64,000 bases of DNA from Candidatus Thalassarchaeaceae archaeon. Lineage in GTDB: Archaea; Thermoplasmatota; Poseidoniia; Poseidoniales; Thalassarchaeaceae. Positions 9,020 through 18,115 of this stretch are shown here, piece by piece. The notes beneath the pieces are model-generated. The model was not told the origin of the DNA. It worked only from the letters and a program-made list of their open reading frames with translations, and ran no database searches. Within the stretch, counting starts at the first letter, position 1, and each line of letters opens with the position of its first letter. The DNA is taken from positions 18,737-82,736 of the forward strand of contig JALRLV010000002.1 in the NCBI GenBank assembly GCA_023268715.1. The letters run 5' to 3'. The translations under genes and the position numbers were made by a program.

Positions 9020-11695
9020 ATGAATCGTGCTGCAACAGCCCGTCTTCTGACGGTTTTACTGGTAATCACGATGTGTACTCCAATGGTTCAGGCCGAGATA
9101 GATCCTCGTCTGACTGCTAATCCAACTGCTCAGGAAGCAGATGCCGATAACCCGGCAGAATACACTATCACGGTTCACAATGATGGCGACGATGATATGA
9201 CTGTCACATTGACCACCCAACAGGATTCTTCGGGATGCAATGGCTTTTCATCGACTATAGAACAGGTATCTGGTACCATTGGTGGAGGGGAATCTGAACA
9301 AGTAACTCTCACGGTCAGTGTTAATGAACAGGCTAACGGAGACTGTGAAACAACAGTCCAGGCAACAGCAACAGGAGGGCTCGGGTCTCCGCAGAATGCC
9401 GACGTAACAGTGACAACCACAGCAGGCGATGGCGGTGGTCTTTACGCGGTCACATTAACCACCGATCAGACAGATGTCGAATTTGATGGAAGTGACTCTG
9501 TAGTTTGGGAAGTTGATGTTGAAAATACGGGTGAACAGCAAGCAAATGTGCAACTTGAGATTACCAGTGATGATGATTGTGAATCGGATGACCTAACCGC
9601 TGAGGTTGATCCTACGGTGGTTCAATTGGATTCAGAGGGTACTGAAACAGTTGAGGTTACAGTTGATGTTCCGGATGGCAGTTCCACTGAGGCGGGCGAG
9701 CATTGCTTCATCCTCGTAGCTACGGTAACAAATGACCCAAACGCCGCAGACAGGGCCGAGGATAACCTAAGCCTCAGGTTGAGTGTTCCAGAAGTGAAGG
9801 AATGCGACGGCTCATTGCAGACCTCTTCCCACAATCTCGATCCTGGTCAAACTGCAACAAATAGGTTCGAGGTGGAAAATATTGGTAATACCGAATGGAC
9901 GGTTCAAACTCAAGCTCAATCCCCTGGCACAGATATAACCGGATGGGTCGAATTTGATAGCCCACGTTCTGCCTTATTGGCTAAACCAGGAAATTCGGAT
10001 GATAGTCATACATTCACTTTTTCAGTAACGCCTGACGATTCAGTTGAGGCTGGCTCACAGATTGAAATCAAGATACAGGGGCGTTCCAATCAGGGCGTTG
10101 GCTGCGAGCAAATACTCACAGTAACCATTGGTCAGGTCCACGAAGCCAGACTTACCCTAAGCACCTCGAAGTTATCGAATGTTGAACCGGGGACTTCTGA
10201 TTCGGTCACCATAACTGTAGAAAATCGCGGCAATGGTTTAGACACTTTTTCTTTAACCACAATGGATCTTCCAGAAGGATGGCAAATTTCCTTTTCGCAA
10301 TCCTCTGTGACCATTAACAGTAAGCATAATTCCAATAACGAAGCATCGCTAACCGCCACAGTAAATGTACCATCAAATGCGTTAGCAGGAGACAATACCG
10401 TTGAATTTGGTGTAACTGTGAGTGGTTCAACAACAATACTGCACAGCAGGGTGTTAACCGTATCTGTAGCAGCGAGGCACGACCTAACTGCAGACATACT
10501 TTCGACCCAGCAAACCGGTCGTTCTGGCCAAGTAGTTCAATTTCCAATTGATATTGTAAACACCGGGAATATTCGAGATACATTCAAGCTACAGGTTTGC
10601 GATCCTAACGATCAAACGGGTTGTAATTCCCCAATGTGGGCTGCATCATATTCCGATACATCCGGAAACTCAATTACTCAGATTGTACTCGATCCCGGAG
10701 AATCTAGGCGAGTTTTCCTCGATGTAACTGTTGAGGGTGAGGAAGATGCAGATTCAGTTACAATTCTGTCTCGCGTGGCAATTTTTGGGACAAGTGAAAA
10801 GGTAGAACAGACGATTAGCGTGATAGTCTCGAATTATGATTATGGCATGGCAATTTCTCCTGAAATGCCGGGGCCTATTTCGGGTCAAATGGATATTGTT
10901 CTTCCACCAGGAGGGACCAAAGAAATCAATTTCTGGGTAGAGAATACAGGCAACTTCCCGGGTGGGGATAGCGCAGTAATATCGATGACAGGAATGGAAT
11001 CCTCGGTACTCCGACGAGTTCTTGTCAATGGTGTAGCTGTAGATGGAAATATAGCAGTCCCTTCGGGTGATAGAGTTCTGATTACAATTGAATTGGAAGT
11101 TCTAGAAGGTGTTTCCAGTGGGACTACTGGCATTGTTAAGGTCAGCGCATCATCGGAGAAGAACGCTGCCGAAAGCACCAGTGTAGACTTAATTTTTGAA
11201 GTTAGAACAATTCATGATTTACGATTTACTCTTGAAGGTGAAGATCTGCTTTCTACAGATGAAAAGAACAGCGTTGAATTTATTCTCCATGTTACAAACC
11301 ACGGGAATATTGTTGAAACCGTCCAGATATTATCCAGTGACTCTCTCAGAGGCTGGACGGTCAATGTCATCGAAGACGAGTTCCAACTTTCTCCTGGCAA
11401 CTCAAGAACGATTACCGTGAGGGTGACCCCTCCAGCGGGAATGGTACAAGATGACACCTATCGGTTTACCATCACAGTTCAACCAAAGGGCATGCCTGTA
11501 GCAGGTGAACCCCTTGACCTAGAAGTCACCGCAGAGGTGTCTTCCGGCCTAGGTTGGCTAAGCGAAGACAACGAACAGATTCTAATCTACGGATTAACCG
11601 CTATTGGAGGTTTATTGGTTGTAATTTTATTCTTCAGATCTCGTGCAGAAAACCGCAGAATTCTCGAAGCCTTAGACAATGAATCGAGTGACTGA
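9020..11695 (+). CDS. Secreted multi-repeat (CARDB/DUF11-like) surface protein with a C-terminal membrane anchor
   Basis: Signal peptide MNRAATARLLTVLLVITMCTPMVQAE. About 8 tandem repeats of roughly 100 aa each carry the V-x-N-x-G-N motif (e.g. TITVHNDGDDDMTVTL, VDVENTGEQQANVQLEI, TVENRGNGLDTFSLT, HVTNHGNIVETVQIL). A C-terminal TM helix (ILIYGLTAIGGLLVVILFF) is followed by a short charged tail. Confidence 0.6.
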   Translation: MNRAATARLLTVLLVITMCTPMVQAEIDPRLTANPTAQEADADNPAEYTITVHNDGDDDMTVTLTTQQDSSGCNGFSSTIEQVSGTIGGGESEQVTLTVSVNEQANGDCETTVQATATGGLGSPQNADVTVTTTAGDGGGLYAVTLTTDQTDVEFDGSDSVVWEVDVENTGEQQANVQLEITSDDDCESDDLTAEVDPTVVQLDSEGTETVEVTVDVPDGSSTEAGEHCFILVATVTNDPNAADRAEDNLSLRLSVPEVKECDGSLQTSSHNLDPGQTATNRFEVENIGNTEWTVQTQAQSPGTDITGWVEFDSPRSALLAKPGNSDDSHTFTFSVTPDDSVEAGSQIEIKIQGRSNQGVGCEQILTVTIGQVHEARLTLSTSKLSNVEPGTSDSVTITVENRGNGLDTFSLTTMDLPEGWQISFSQSSVTINSKHNSNNEASLTATVNVPSNALAGDNTVEFGVTVSGSTTILHSRVLTVSVAARHDLTADILSTQQTGRSGQVVQFPIDIVNTGNIRDTFKLQVCDPNDQTGCNSPMWAASYSDTSGNSITQIVLDPGESRRVFLDVTVEGEEDADSVTILSRVAIFGTSEKVEQTISVIVSNYDYGMAISPEMPGPISGQMDIVLPPGGTKEINFWVENTGNFPGGDSAVISMTGMESSVLRRVLVNGVAVDGNIAVPSGDRVLITIELEVLEGVSSGTTGIVKVSASSEKNAAESTSVDLIFEVRTIHDLRFTLEGEDLLSTDEKNSVEFILHVTNHGNIVETVQILSSDSLRGWTVNVIEDEFQLSPGNSRTITVRVTPPAGMVQDDTYRFTITVQPKGMPVAGEPLDLEVTAEVSSGLGWLSEDNEQILIYGLTAIGGLLVVILFFRSRAENRRILEALDNESSD

Positions 11696-11846
11696 GCCTA
11701 GTCGGCAATTGAAGACGATTCCAAACCGCCAATCTTTCCAATGTATTGTCTGCTATTGTCATCCTCAATGAACGCACGGTTATGCTTATGACCGTATTTT
11801 GGGTGGACAACTCTGCCGGTCCCTTTGGGACCGTCAGGTGTCAGCG

Positions 11847-12293
11847 ATGTCGACGGTTCCAGAAGCTTATCTCGCGCTAGCTGTGATGACCCTTGTTGGC
11901 ATAGGATTCCCAGTGATGAGTTTCGTCGCTTCTCGCTTCCTAAGACCAACTCCGAGCGCGCATGATAACAACAAATTGCGCTCTATTTTACTCCCGGGTT
12001 ATGAGACTGATCAGAGCCTATACGTGAGGCGTGAAAGCACCTACGAGTGTGGTGCTGATCCAGTGGGGGACGCTCATATCAATTTCCACTTCCAATACTA
12101 TTGGTATGCCATTATCTTCCTTGTATTCGATATAGCATTCATGTTCTTAGCATTTGGAGGAGTAATTGCGATTCAAGATGCTGGTAGCGACATCGATATT
12201 TGGTCAGCGATGATTACCCTAACCATATTCATCGTCTTGATGAGTCTTGGTGTATGGCACGTATTCCGAAAGCGCGGTCGAATTTACATCTGA
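11847..12293 (+). CDS. nuoA: NADH-quinone oxidoreductase subunit A
   Basis: ATG at 11847 sits behind an AGGTG Shine-Dalgarno sequence. Three TM helices and the NuoA-like sequence MSTVPEAYLALAVMTLVGIGFPVMSFVASRFLRP. It is the first gene of the nuo operon. Confidence 0.8.
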   Translation: MSTVPEAYLALAVMTLVGIGFPVMSFVASRFLRPTPSAHDNNKLRSILLPGYETDQSLYVRRESTYECGADPVGDAHINFHFQYYWYAIIFLVFDIAFMFLAFGGVIAIQDAGSDIDIWSAMITLTIFIVLMSLGVWHVFRKRGRIYI

Positions 12294-12302
12294 GGTGATT
12301 GA

Positions 12303-12899
12303 ATGAGCGAAGAACCCCCAAACTTCTCAGTTTTCAATAGTAGAATGCTCGTCGACACAGTAGGCGATGTAACCGATGAGGCCCTCAAGGCTAGTCGAAT
12401 AAAGGAAGTAATCGGAGTACTTGGTGGCCGCCTATTCAACTGGGGTCAGCGAAAGTCCCTCTTCCCACTTCACCTTGGAATCAAATGCTGTGCCTTGGAA
12501 ATGGCGGCGGCAGGAGCCAGTCGATTCGATGCAGAGCGATTTGGTGTTTTCTTCCGCTCTAGTCCAAGGCAGTGTGATGTTTTATTGGTCAATGGGCCTA
12601 TTTCGAAGAAGTTTGCAGATCCAATTGTACGACTCTGGGAGCAAATGCCAGAGCCCAAATGGTGTATCGCAATGGGCGAATGTGCAATATCGGGAGGACC
12701 ATATTTCCAGTCTTACAACATACTCGAAGGTGTCGACACAGTAATTCCGGTTGATGTGTATATTCCAGGATGCCCTCCACGCCCAGAGGCATTGATTGAT
12801 GGCTTTGGAAAATTGCGTGAGAAGATTATCCGCATCGGTGGAGTGCCTAGTGAAGTTCGACCGATGAGCGAGGCACCGCTAATCGTCGGAGACGAGTGA
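12303..12899 (+). CDS. nuoB: NADH-quinone oxidoreductase subunit B (20 kDa, N2 Fe-S)
   Basis: Motifs CCALEM, GPISKK, CIAMGECAISGGPY and IPGCPPRPEAL. A GAGGTGA Shine-Dalgarno sequence precedes the start. Confidence 0.9.
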   Translation: MSEEPPNFSVFNSRMLVDTVGDVTDEALKASRIKEVIGVLGGRLFNWGQRKSLFPLHLGIKCCALEMAAAGASRFDAERFGVFFRSSPRQCDVLLVNGPISKKFADPIVRLWEQMPEPKWCIAMGECAISGGPYFQSYNILEGVDTVIPVDVYIPGCPPRPEALIDGFGKLREKIIRIGGVPSEVRPMSEAPLIVGDE

Positions 12900-12912
12900 A
12901 GGAGGATTTTGA

Positions 12913-13569
12913 ATGGGTAAGAAAATCTCGGCAGCGGCTCAGCAGGAGGCAGCTGAGGAATTAGCAAAGGCAATGTCGTCCTTCGATGGGGTCTCTGCTG
13001 AAATCGATAGCCGCTCAAGCGGAACACAAGTTCGCCATACAGTAAGTGCAACATCTACTCCTGAATCATGGAGGCAATTAGCAGAGGCCCTAGTAACAGA
13101 CTATGCTGTTGACTACTGTTCAATGATTACCGGAATTCACTGGCCAGAGGCAGCCGACAAGACATGGGAGGTAGTCTATCACCTAATGCGAACCGGAGTA
13201 AAAGATCCTGCAGCAATAGAAGGTGTAGTTCAACCAAATATCACCGATGCAGAAACTCTCACTGGTGCGGATATACCTATGGAGATTCAAATTAGCATAT
13301 CACTACCTGATACACGAGAACCGATGGTCGCCTCTGTTCAAGACCTATGGGTTGGAGCCGATTGGAATGAGAAGGAAACTTGGGACCTAGTTGGAATCGA
13401 CTTTGAGGGCCATCAAGGAATGCGCCGCGTCCTAAATCCACATGAAACTCCAGTAGGCTATCATCCATTACAGAAGCAACACAAGTTGCGCTATCATGGA
13501 TTTGAAGAAATGTACGACGATGCTCAAGGATTCATGAGGAAACCAGCTGACGCTGGTAAGATCAAGTAA
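12913..13569 (+). CDS. nuoC: NADH-quinone oxidoreductase subunit C (30 kDa)
   Basis: WVGADWNEKETWDLVGIDFEGHQGMRRVL matches the NuoC signature W..A.W.ERE..DL.GI.F.GHP.LRR. An AAGGAGGA Shine-Dalgarno sequence precedes the start. Confidence 0.85.
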   Translation: MGKKISAAAQQEAAEELAKAMSSFDGVSAEIDSRSSGTQVRHTVSATSTPESWRQLAEALVTDYAVDYCSMITGIHWPEAADKTWEVVYHLMRTGVKDPAAIEGVVQPNITDAETLTGADIPMEIQISISLPDTREPMVASVQDLWVGADWNEKETWDLVGIDFEGHQGMRRVLNPHETPVGYHPLQKQHKLRYHGFEEMYDDAQGFMRKPADAGKIK

Positions 13570-13581
13570 GGAGGAATTCAG

Positions 13582-14718
13582 ATGGCAGAAATGTGGATTT
13601 CGATGGGCCCTCAACACCCCATGACTCATGGGCTTTGGACTTTGAAAGTCAAAGTCGATGGAGAAACTGTAGTCGATACTGAACCAGATTTGGGATACAT
13701 CCATCGTGGTGTTGAGAAAATCTGTGAGGCACGAGACTTCACTCAGATTACGACCTATTGTGATAGACTATGTTACGCAAGTGCAAACACCTGGTCACAC
13801 TCCTACATCTACGCCGCAGAAGACCTACTCGGCGTAGAAGTCCCTGAGCGAGCCGAATACATTCGCCTCATCGCAGTCGAGTTACAAAGAATCGCTAGCC
13901 ACCTAATGTGGCTTGGTGCGTACGGTCCAGACATAGGTAATCTTTCGATTATGGTGTGGTGCCTGCGTGAGCGCGAGATGATGATGGATTTACTTCAAGA
14001 GTTGGGTGGTTCAAGAATGCACTACAACTTCCCAAGAATAGGCGGAGTAAAACGAGATTTACCTCATGGATTCTCTCAGCGTGCTCAGGCGAAATTGAAG
14101 CTTTTCCTCAATCGAATCCAGGAATACGAGGCACTATTTGATGAAAGCACAGTATTCCTTGTTAGAAGTCAAGGAGTAGGCTACGCCAAGCCGGAGGAAA
14201 TGATCAATCATGGAGTCACCGGACCCAATGTTCGAGCCGCCGGTGTTGATTACGATGTTCGCTGGGCTCACCCTTACTCAGTGTACAGCGAACTCGATTG
14301 GCAGCCATCCGTCGAGCGATCTTCAATCAAGGGTGCAGACTGTTACGACCGTTATCGAGTTCGAGTTGAAGAGATGCGAATGAGCGCATCAATGGTCCTC
14401 CAAGCACTCGATAAGATGCCGGGTGGCTCCGAGACATATCACGAACCAGGAGACCCGAAGATTATCGCCAAAGCACCATCAAGAGCCCCCGAGGGGACCT
14501 ACGGAAGCCATCACTTCGAAGATAGTAGAGGTGAATCGATGTTCTATATCGCAGGAGGAGGCGAAGGTCGAGGAAAGATGCCTTATCGAGTTTCAATTCG
14601 TTCTCCAATGTTCATTACAATTCCTTATGCTGCAAAGTGTATGATTGGCTACAAAGTGGCCGACATTCCTGCGATTATGGGTTCATTCGACCCATGTATT
14701 GGAGAAACCGACAGGTGA
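13582..14718 (+). CDS. nuoD: NADH-quinone oxidoreductase subunit D (49 kDa)
   Basis: MGPQHPMTHGLWTLKVKVDGETVVDTEPDLGYIHRGVEK is the canonical NuoD N-terminus. Confidence 0.9.
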   Translation: MAEMWISMGPQHPMTHGLWTLKVKVDGETVVDTEPDLGYIHRGVEKICEARDFTQITTYCDRLCYASANTWSHSYIYAAEDLLGVEVPERAEYIRLIAVELQRIASHLMWLGAYGPDIGNLSIMVWCLREREMMMDLLQELGGSRMHYNFPRIGGVKRDLPHGFSQRAQAKLKLFLNRIQEYEALFDESTVFLVRSQGVGYAKPEEMINHGVTGPNVRAAGVDYDVRWAHPYSVYSELDWQPSVERSSIKGADCYDRYRVRVEEMRMSASMVLQALDKMPGGSETYHEPGDPKIIAKAPSRAPEGTYGSHHFEDSRGESMFYIAGGGEGRGKMPYRVSIRSPMFITIPYAAKCMIGYKVADIPAIMGSFDPCIGETDR

Positions 14719-14724
14719 TTTACA

Positions 14725-16266
14725 ATGGCAGGAACTAGCGATTGGTTAGACGTCCGTGGCTGGATGGAGTCTATCGTTGGTTGGTCGATGGACCAAGTTC
14801 ATGACATACTACCCTCAGGTGATATTGGCTTAGGTCCATTAGGTTCTGTAAATTTCCAAGGAGAATTTGCAAGCATTCAAGGTGCTCTCGAAACTTTCCT
14901 ATTCACCACTATAATGTGTACAATTGTATTTGCTACAATGATGCTCACCTTGATGGTAGTTCCATACATTGAGCGCAAATTCATAGCTAGATTAATGGAC
15001 AGATTAGGTGCAACCACCAGCCTCCGAAGTTTGTGGATTGGCGAAGGCCATACGACCGCAGGCCAATGGTGGAATCAACTACCGTTTGGGATGGGTGCTC
15101 CAATTGGATGGGTAAACGGAATCCTGAACTCTAGCTTCGGAAACAAATCAAAGCACGTTGCAGTAGATCGCGTTCACAATAGAGGATACCACGGAATCTG
15201 GTTCCTATTCCCCGGTTTCTTCCAAGCGTTAGCCGACTTCCTAAAGTTCGCTACCAAGGAACACATGGTCCCAACAAAGGCCGACAGATTGGTTTTCGAA
15301 ACCGCTCCTGTGATCATTATAGCAACGACAATCATGGTCTATGCATTCATCCCATTCGGACCACACATATGGGCTGCTAACCCAGAGTTGTCATTGGTAT
15401 TCATGATGGCAATATTCGGAGTTGCACCACTAGGTGTTTTCTTCGCGGGGTGGTCGTCAAACAACAAATATACTCTCATCGGAGGAATGAGATCCGCGGC
15501 ACAACTTACCGCTTACGAGATACCTCTTCTGATAAGCGTACTAGCTATTGCAGTAATTTCAGGCTCCTTCAACATTCTAGAAATAGTTGATTTCCAAATT
15601 GAGACAAGTAACACTTGGAATCTATTCATCATGCCCTTGGGTGCTGCATTATTCCTAATCACAATGATCGCCGAAGTTGAGCGTATTCCATTCGATATGC
15701 CGGAAGCAGAGGCTGAATTGGTTGAGGGTTGGTGGACAGAATATGGTGGAATCCGTTGGGGACTTATGTTCGCTGTCGAAATGATGCGAGCCTACGCGGC
15801 TTGCATTCTCTTTGCACTATTCTTCCTAGGTGGTTGGCAATTACCATTTGAGGATACTTTGATTGGCCTTCCGATTGTTGGCGTTCTCTTTGATATTCTA
15901 GCAAATGCCACACCAGGATTGGTTGTTCTACTACTCAAAGCATACCTACTGTTCGCATTCTTCGTATGGGTTCGTGCATCCCTACATCGTGTTCGTACCG
16001 ACCAAATTCTTGAGTTTGGATGGCGCTGGCTCCTTCCAGCCTCGATGGTCAATCTTGCCGTAGCAATCTGGCTGCGCCTCGAGGTGTGGGATAGTACTGC
16101 AGCAGGAGGCTGGCCGATTTGGGCGGTACCAGTTCTATTCGGCTCGTTCATAGTTGCTTTCGTAGTCCTCGCCTTGGATGAGGATGAAGATGCGTTGGAA
16201 CTGAACCGAAGGATGTACCACACACAGACCTTGGAGAAGGCCAGCCCTGGTACTCATAGAGATTAG
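14725..16266 (+). CDS. nuoH: NADH-quinone oxidoreductase subunit H (ND1 homolog), enlarged
   Basis: A true ATG with an AGGTGA Shine-Dalgarno sequence. The NuoH core is recognisable: FPGFFQALADFLKFATKE, multi-TM, EVERIPFDMPEAEAELVEGW. At 513 aa it is larger than the typical ~330 aa, from an N-terminal extension plus a ~60-aa insertion in the first cytoplasmic loop. Confidence 0.9.
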   Translation: MAGTSDWLDVRGWMESIVGWSMDQVHDILPSGDIGLGPLGSVNFQGEFASIQGALETFLFTTIMCTIVFATMMLTLMVVPYIERKFIARLMDRLGATTSLRSLWIGEGHTTAGQWWNQLPFGMGAPIGWVNGILNSSFGNKSKHVAVDRVHNRGYHGIWFLFPGFFQALADFLKFATKEHMVPTKADRLVFETAPVIIIATTIMVYAFIPFGPHIWAANPELSLVFMMAIFGVAPLGVFFAGWSSNNKYTLIGGMRSAAQLTAYEIPLLISVLAIAVISGSFNILEIVDFQIETSNTWNLFIMPLGAALFLITMIAEVERIPFDMPEAEAELVEGWWTEYGGIRWGLMFAVEMMRAYAACILFALFFLGGWQLPFEDTLIGLPIVGVLFDILANATPGLVVLLLKAYLLFAFFVWVRASLHRVRTDQILEFGWRWLLPASMVNLAVAIWLRLEVWDSTAAGGWPIWAVPVLFGSFIVAFVVLALDEDEDALELNRRMYHTQTLEKASPGTHRD

Positions 16267-16281
16267 ATTGGAGGTGAATAT

Positions 16282-17265
16282 ATGGATAAATCACAGCAGT
16301 ATAACACTGGACACCCACACGCGGCTCCTAACTTCCGCAACCTGATTATCAAGCCAATGTGGATGACGATGAAAACGGCATTGCGAACCGTTCCTTTCCT
16401 AGGAAGATCGGGACTATTGAAGAATAATTATCATGGCCAAGAAGTTACGATGACAGATGATTTTACTCAAGCTAGAATCGGGGGCGACCATCTTTCGGAA
16501 GGTCATACATATGCGGCTGATCGAGAGTCTACCGATTTACTTCCTTTCCTTGAGCGACCTGTTACTGTCATGTATCCCTATGAGCGACTAGAAGACATGG
16601 AGCCATGGTTATTTGTTCCAGGAAATTACAACGGTAGAATTGGAATTGTTTGGGAAACTTGTACCGCTTGCAAGGCATGTGTCAAGGCTTGCCCAAATGA
16701 CTGCCTACACATGACTTCTGAAGTCAGAGTGAATGTACTTGACTTAGCCGAGGAAGACGATGAGTGGCATGGATATGGGTCAGAAGTCGAGGCTGGTGGG
16801 TACGCCGCGAAGCCAAAAGAAGAGTTCGAAGAAATTGAGGAATTCGACTTGGTCAACGAGCATGCTGCGGCACCACAACAATATGATTTCGCAGAAGTAA
16901 TCGACATCTCCGGCGATACAGCAACCGTGCGTTGGATGGACGGATCAGGTATCGAAGACATCTCAACCGCTGAACTCAAGCCGGCGGAGACTGATATCGT
17001 CAGCGGCAGAATCGATATCGGCCGCTGTATGTTCTGTGGATTGTGTGCAGAAGCATGTCCGTTCGAATCATTCTTCATGACCAATGAGTATGATGGAATG
17101 TCTGGATACTCCCGTGAAGACCTATGGTTCGACGCAGATAGAACTCGTGTTCTTCCAGCCGTCCACCAAGAGCGAGTCGATATGGAACTTGCAAAGCGCG
17201 CGAAGAAAGAGAAGGATAAGCGCGAAAGAAAGGCAGCCAGAGCAGCCAAGGAAGCGGAGGCTTGA
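16282..17265 (+). CDS. nuoI: NADH-quinone oxidoreductase subunit I (2x[4Fe-4S] ferredoxin), enlarged
   Basis: Two cluster motifs, CTACKACVKACP and CMFCGLCAEACP, and an MYPYERLED motif. The two cluster motifs are about 110 aa apart (about 28 aa in E. coli NuoI, recalled from memory). The C-terminus carries a K/E-rich tail. A GGAGGTGA Shine-Dalgarno sequence precedes the start. Confidence 0.85.
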   Translation: MDKSQQYNTGHPHAAPNFRNLIIKPMWMTMKTALRTVPFLGRSGLLKNNYHGQEVTMTDDFTQARIGGDHLSEGHTYAADRESTDLLPFLERPVTVMYPYERLEDMEPWLFVPGNYNGRIGIVWETCTACKACVKACPNDCLHMTSEVRVNVLDLAEEDDEWHGYGSEVEAGGYAAKPKEEFEEIEEFDLVNEHAAAPQQYDFAEVIDISGDTATVRWMDGSGIEDISTAELKPAETDIVSGRIDIGRCMFCGLCAEACPFESFFMTNEYDGMSGYSREDLWFDADRTRVLPAVHQERVDMELAKRAKKEKDKRERKAARAAKEAEA

Positions 17266-17540
17266 TTCTAATGGCTATTGATTTCGAGGCCGTTGCATTC
17301 GTCATTATGGCGCTTGTTGCGATCCTCGGAGCCCTAGGGTGTGTCTATGCAAGAAGAGTAGCTCATTCTCTTCTCTCGCTGATGATGACATTCTTCGCCG
17401 TTGCTGGAGTAATGGTATTGGCTCATGCCGAGATGTTGGCGGCAATTCAGATTCTTGTTTACCTTGGTTCGGTAATGCTGGTGGTACAGTTTGGAGTTAT
17501 GTTAACTCGACGCCAAATACAGGAAGGTGATGTTGAATGA
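17262..17540 (+). CDS. nuoJ: NADH-quinone oxidoreductase subunit J, N-terminal part (split nuoJ)
   Basis: Small 3-TM protein with a NuoJ-like sequence and an overlapping ATGA junction with nuoI. Split J1/J2 genes are known in haloarchaea. Confidence 0.7.
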   Translation: MILMAIDFEAVAFVIMALVAILGALGCVYARRVAHSLLSLMMTFFAVAGVMVLAHAEMLAAIQILVYLGSVMLVVQFGVMLTRRQIQEGDVE

Positions 17541-17803
17541 GGGTAATTGGAATCATTGCCCGCTTAGGTGTATTCGCCTTCATTCTAATTCTATTAAGAG
17601 AAATAATGGATCACCCAATGTGGGGAGAATCGGCTGCTGGCGCTCCAACCACACTCGAATTTGCAGTATCAATACTCGATGACTGGGCTGTTGTTACTGT
17701 TGTTCTCGGAATATTACTCTCGATGGCTATGATTGGTGCATCTTACCTAGTTCGTGACGAGCGCCTCGTCAACCTACTCTATGACATGGGAGGCGATGAG
17801 TGA
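17537..17803 (+). CDS. nuoJ: NADH-quinone oxidoreductase subunit J, C-terminal part (J2)
   Basis: Small 2-TM protein translationally coupled (overlapping) between nuoJ1 and nuoK. Assignment rests on position and size. Confidence 0.55.
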   Translation: MRVIGIIARLGVFAFILILLREIMDHPMWGESAAGAPTTLEFAVSILDDWAVVTVVLGILLSMAMIGASYLVRDERLVNLLYDMGGDE

Positions 17804-18105
17804 TGATTGAAGCAAGTTGGATCGCCGGTCTTGGCGTCATTCTCTTTGGTATCGGTTTAATTGGAGCATTCAGCCGAAAGAATGCCATCGTCGTTTTGAT
17901 GTGCATAGAGGTCATGTTGAACGCAGCCAATCTCAACTTCGTAGCCGGAGCCATGCATCATGGCTCCGTAGATGGATGGGTATTCACTGCTGTTGCAATC
18001 GCAATAGCTGCCGCAGAAGTTGCAATCGGGCTTGCAATTTTACTTTCCTTGTACAGTACACAGGAAACAATTTCGCTCGATGAAGCGACTTTATTGAGAA
18101 ATTGA
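17800..18105 (+). CDS. nuoK: NADH-quinone oxidoreductase subunit K
   Basis: About 100 aa and three TMs; GVILFGIGLIGAFSRKNAIVVLMCIEVMLNAANLNFVA carries the conserved Glu of NuoK. Confidence 0.85.
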   Translation: MMIEASWIAGLGVILFGIGLIGAFSRKNAIVVLMCIEVMLNAANLNFVAGAMHHGSVDGWVFTAVAIAIAAAEVAIGLAILLSLYSTQETISLDEATLLRN

Positions 18106-18115
18106 GGTGATGAAA

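Noticed and set aside
10132-10583. Two 90-120-aa antisense ORFs inside the CARDB-repeat surface protein gene
   Set aside because: They overlap a gene with clear signal peptide and domain structure and show no motif. These are typical six-frame noise in a long ORF.
12421-12744. 107-aa alternative-frame ORF within nuoB and similar internal ORFs listed in the track
   Set aside because: Same-strand out-of-frame overlaps of a strongly conserved gene; no support.
15792-16223. 143-aa antisense ORF inside nuoH
   Set aside because: It lies opposite a conserved membrane-protein coding region with no Shine-Dalgarno sequence. It is Arg/Ser-rich, as expected from a GC-skewed antisense frame.
16626-17249. 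207-aa antisense ORF inside nuoI
   Set aside because: It is Ser/Ala-rich low complexity, created by reading the Lys/Glu-rich (AAG/GAA) sense strand backwards. It has no start context and overlaps a well-supported gene.
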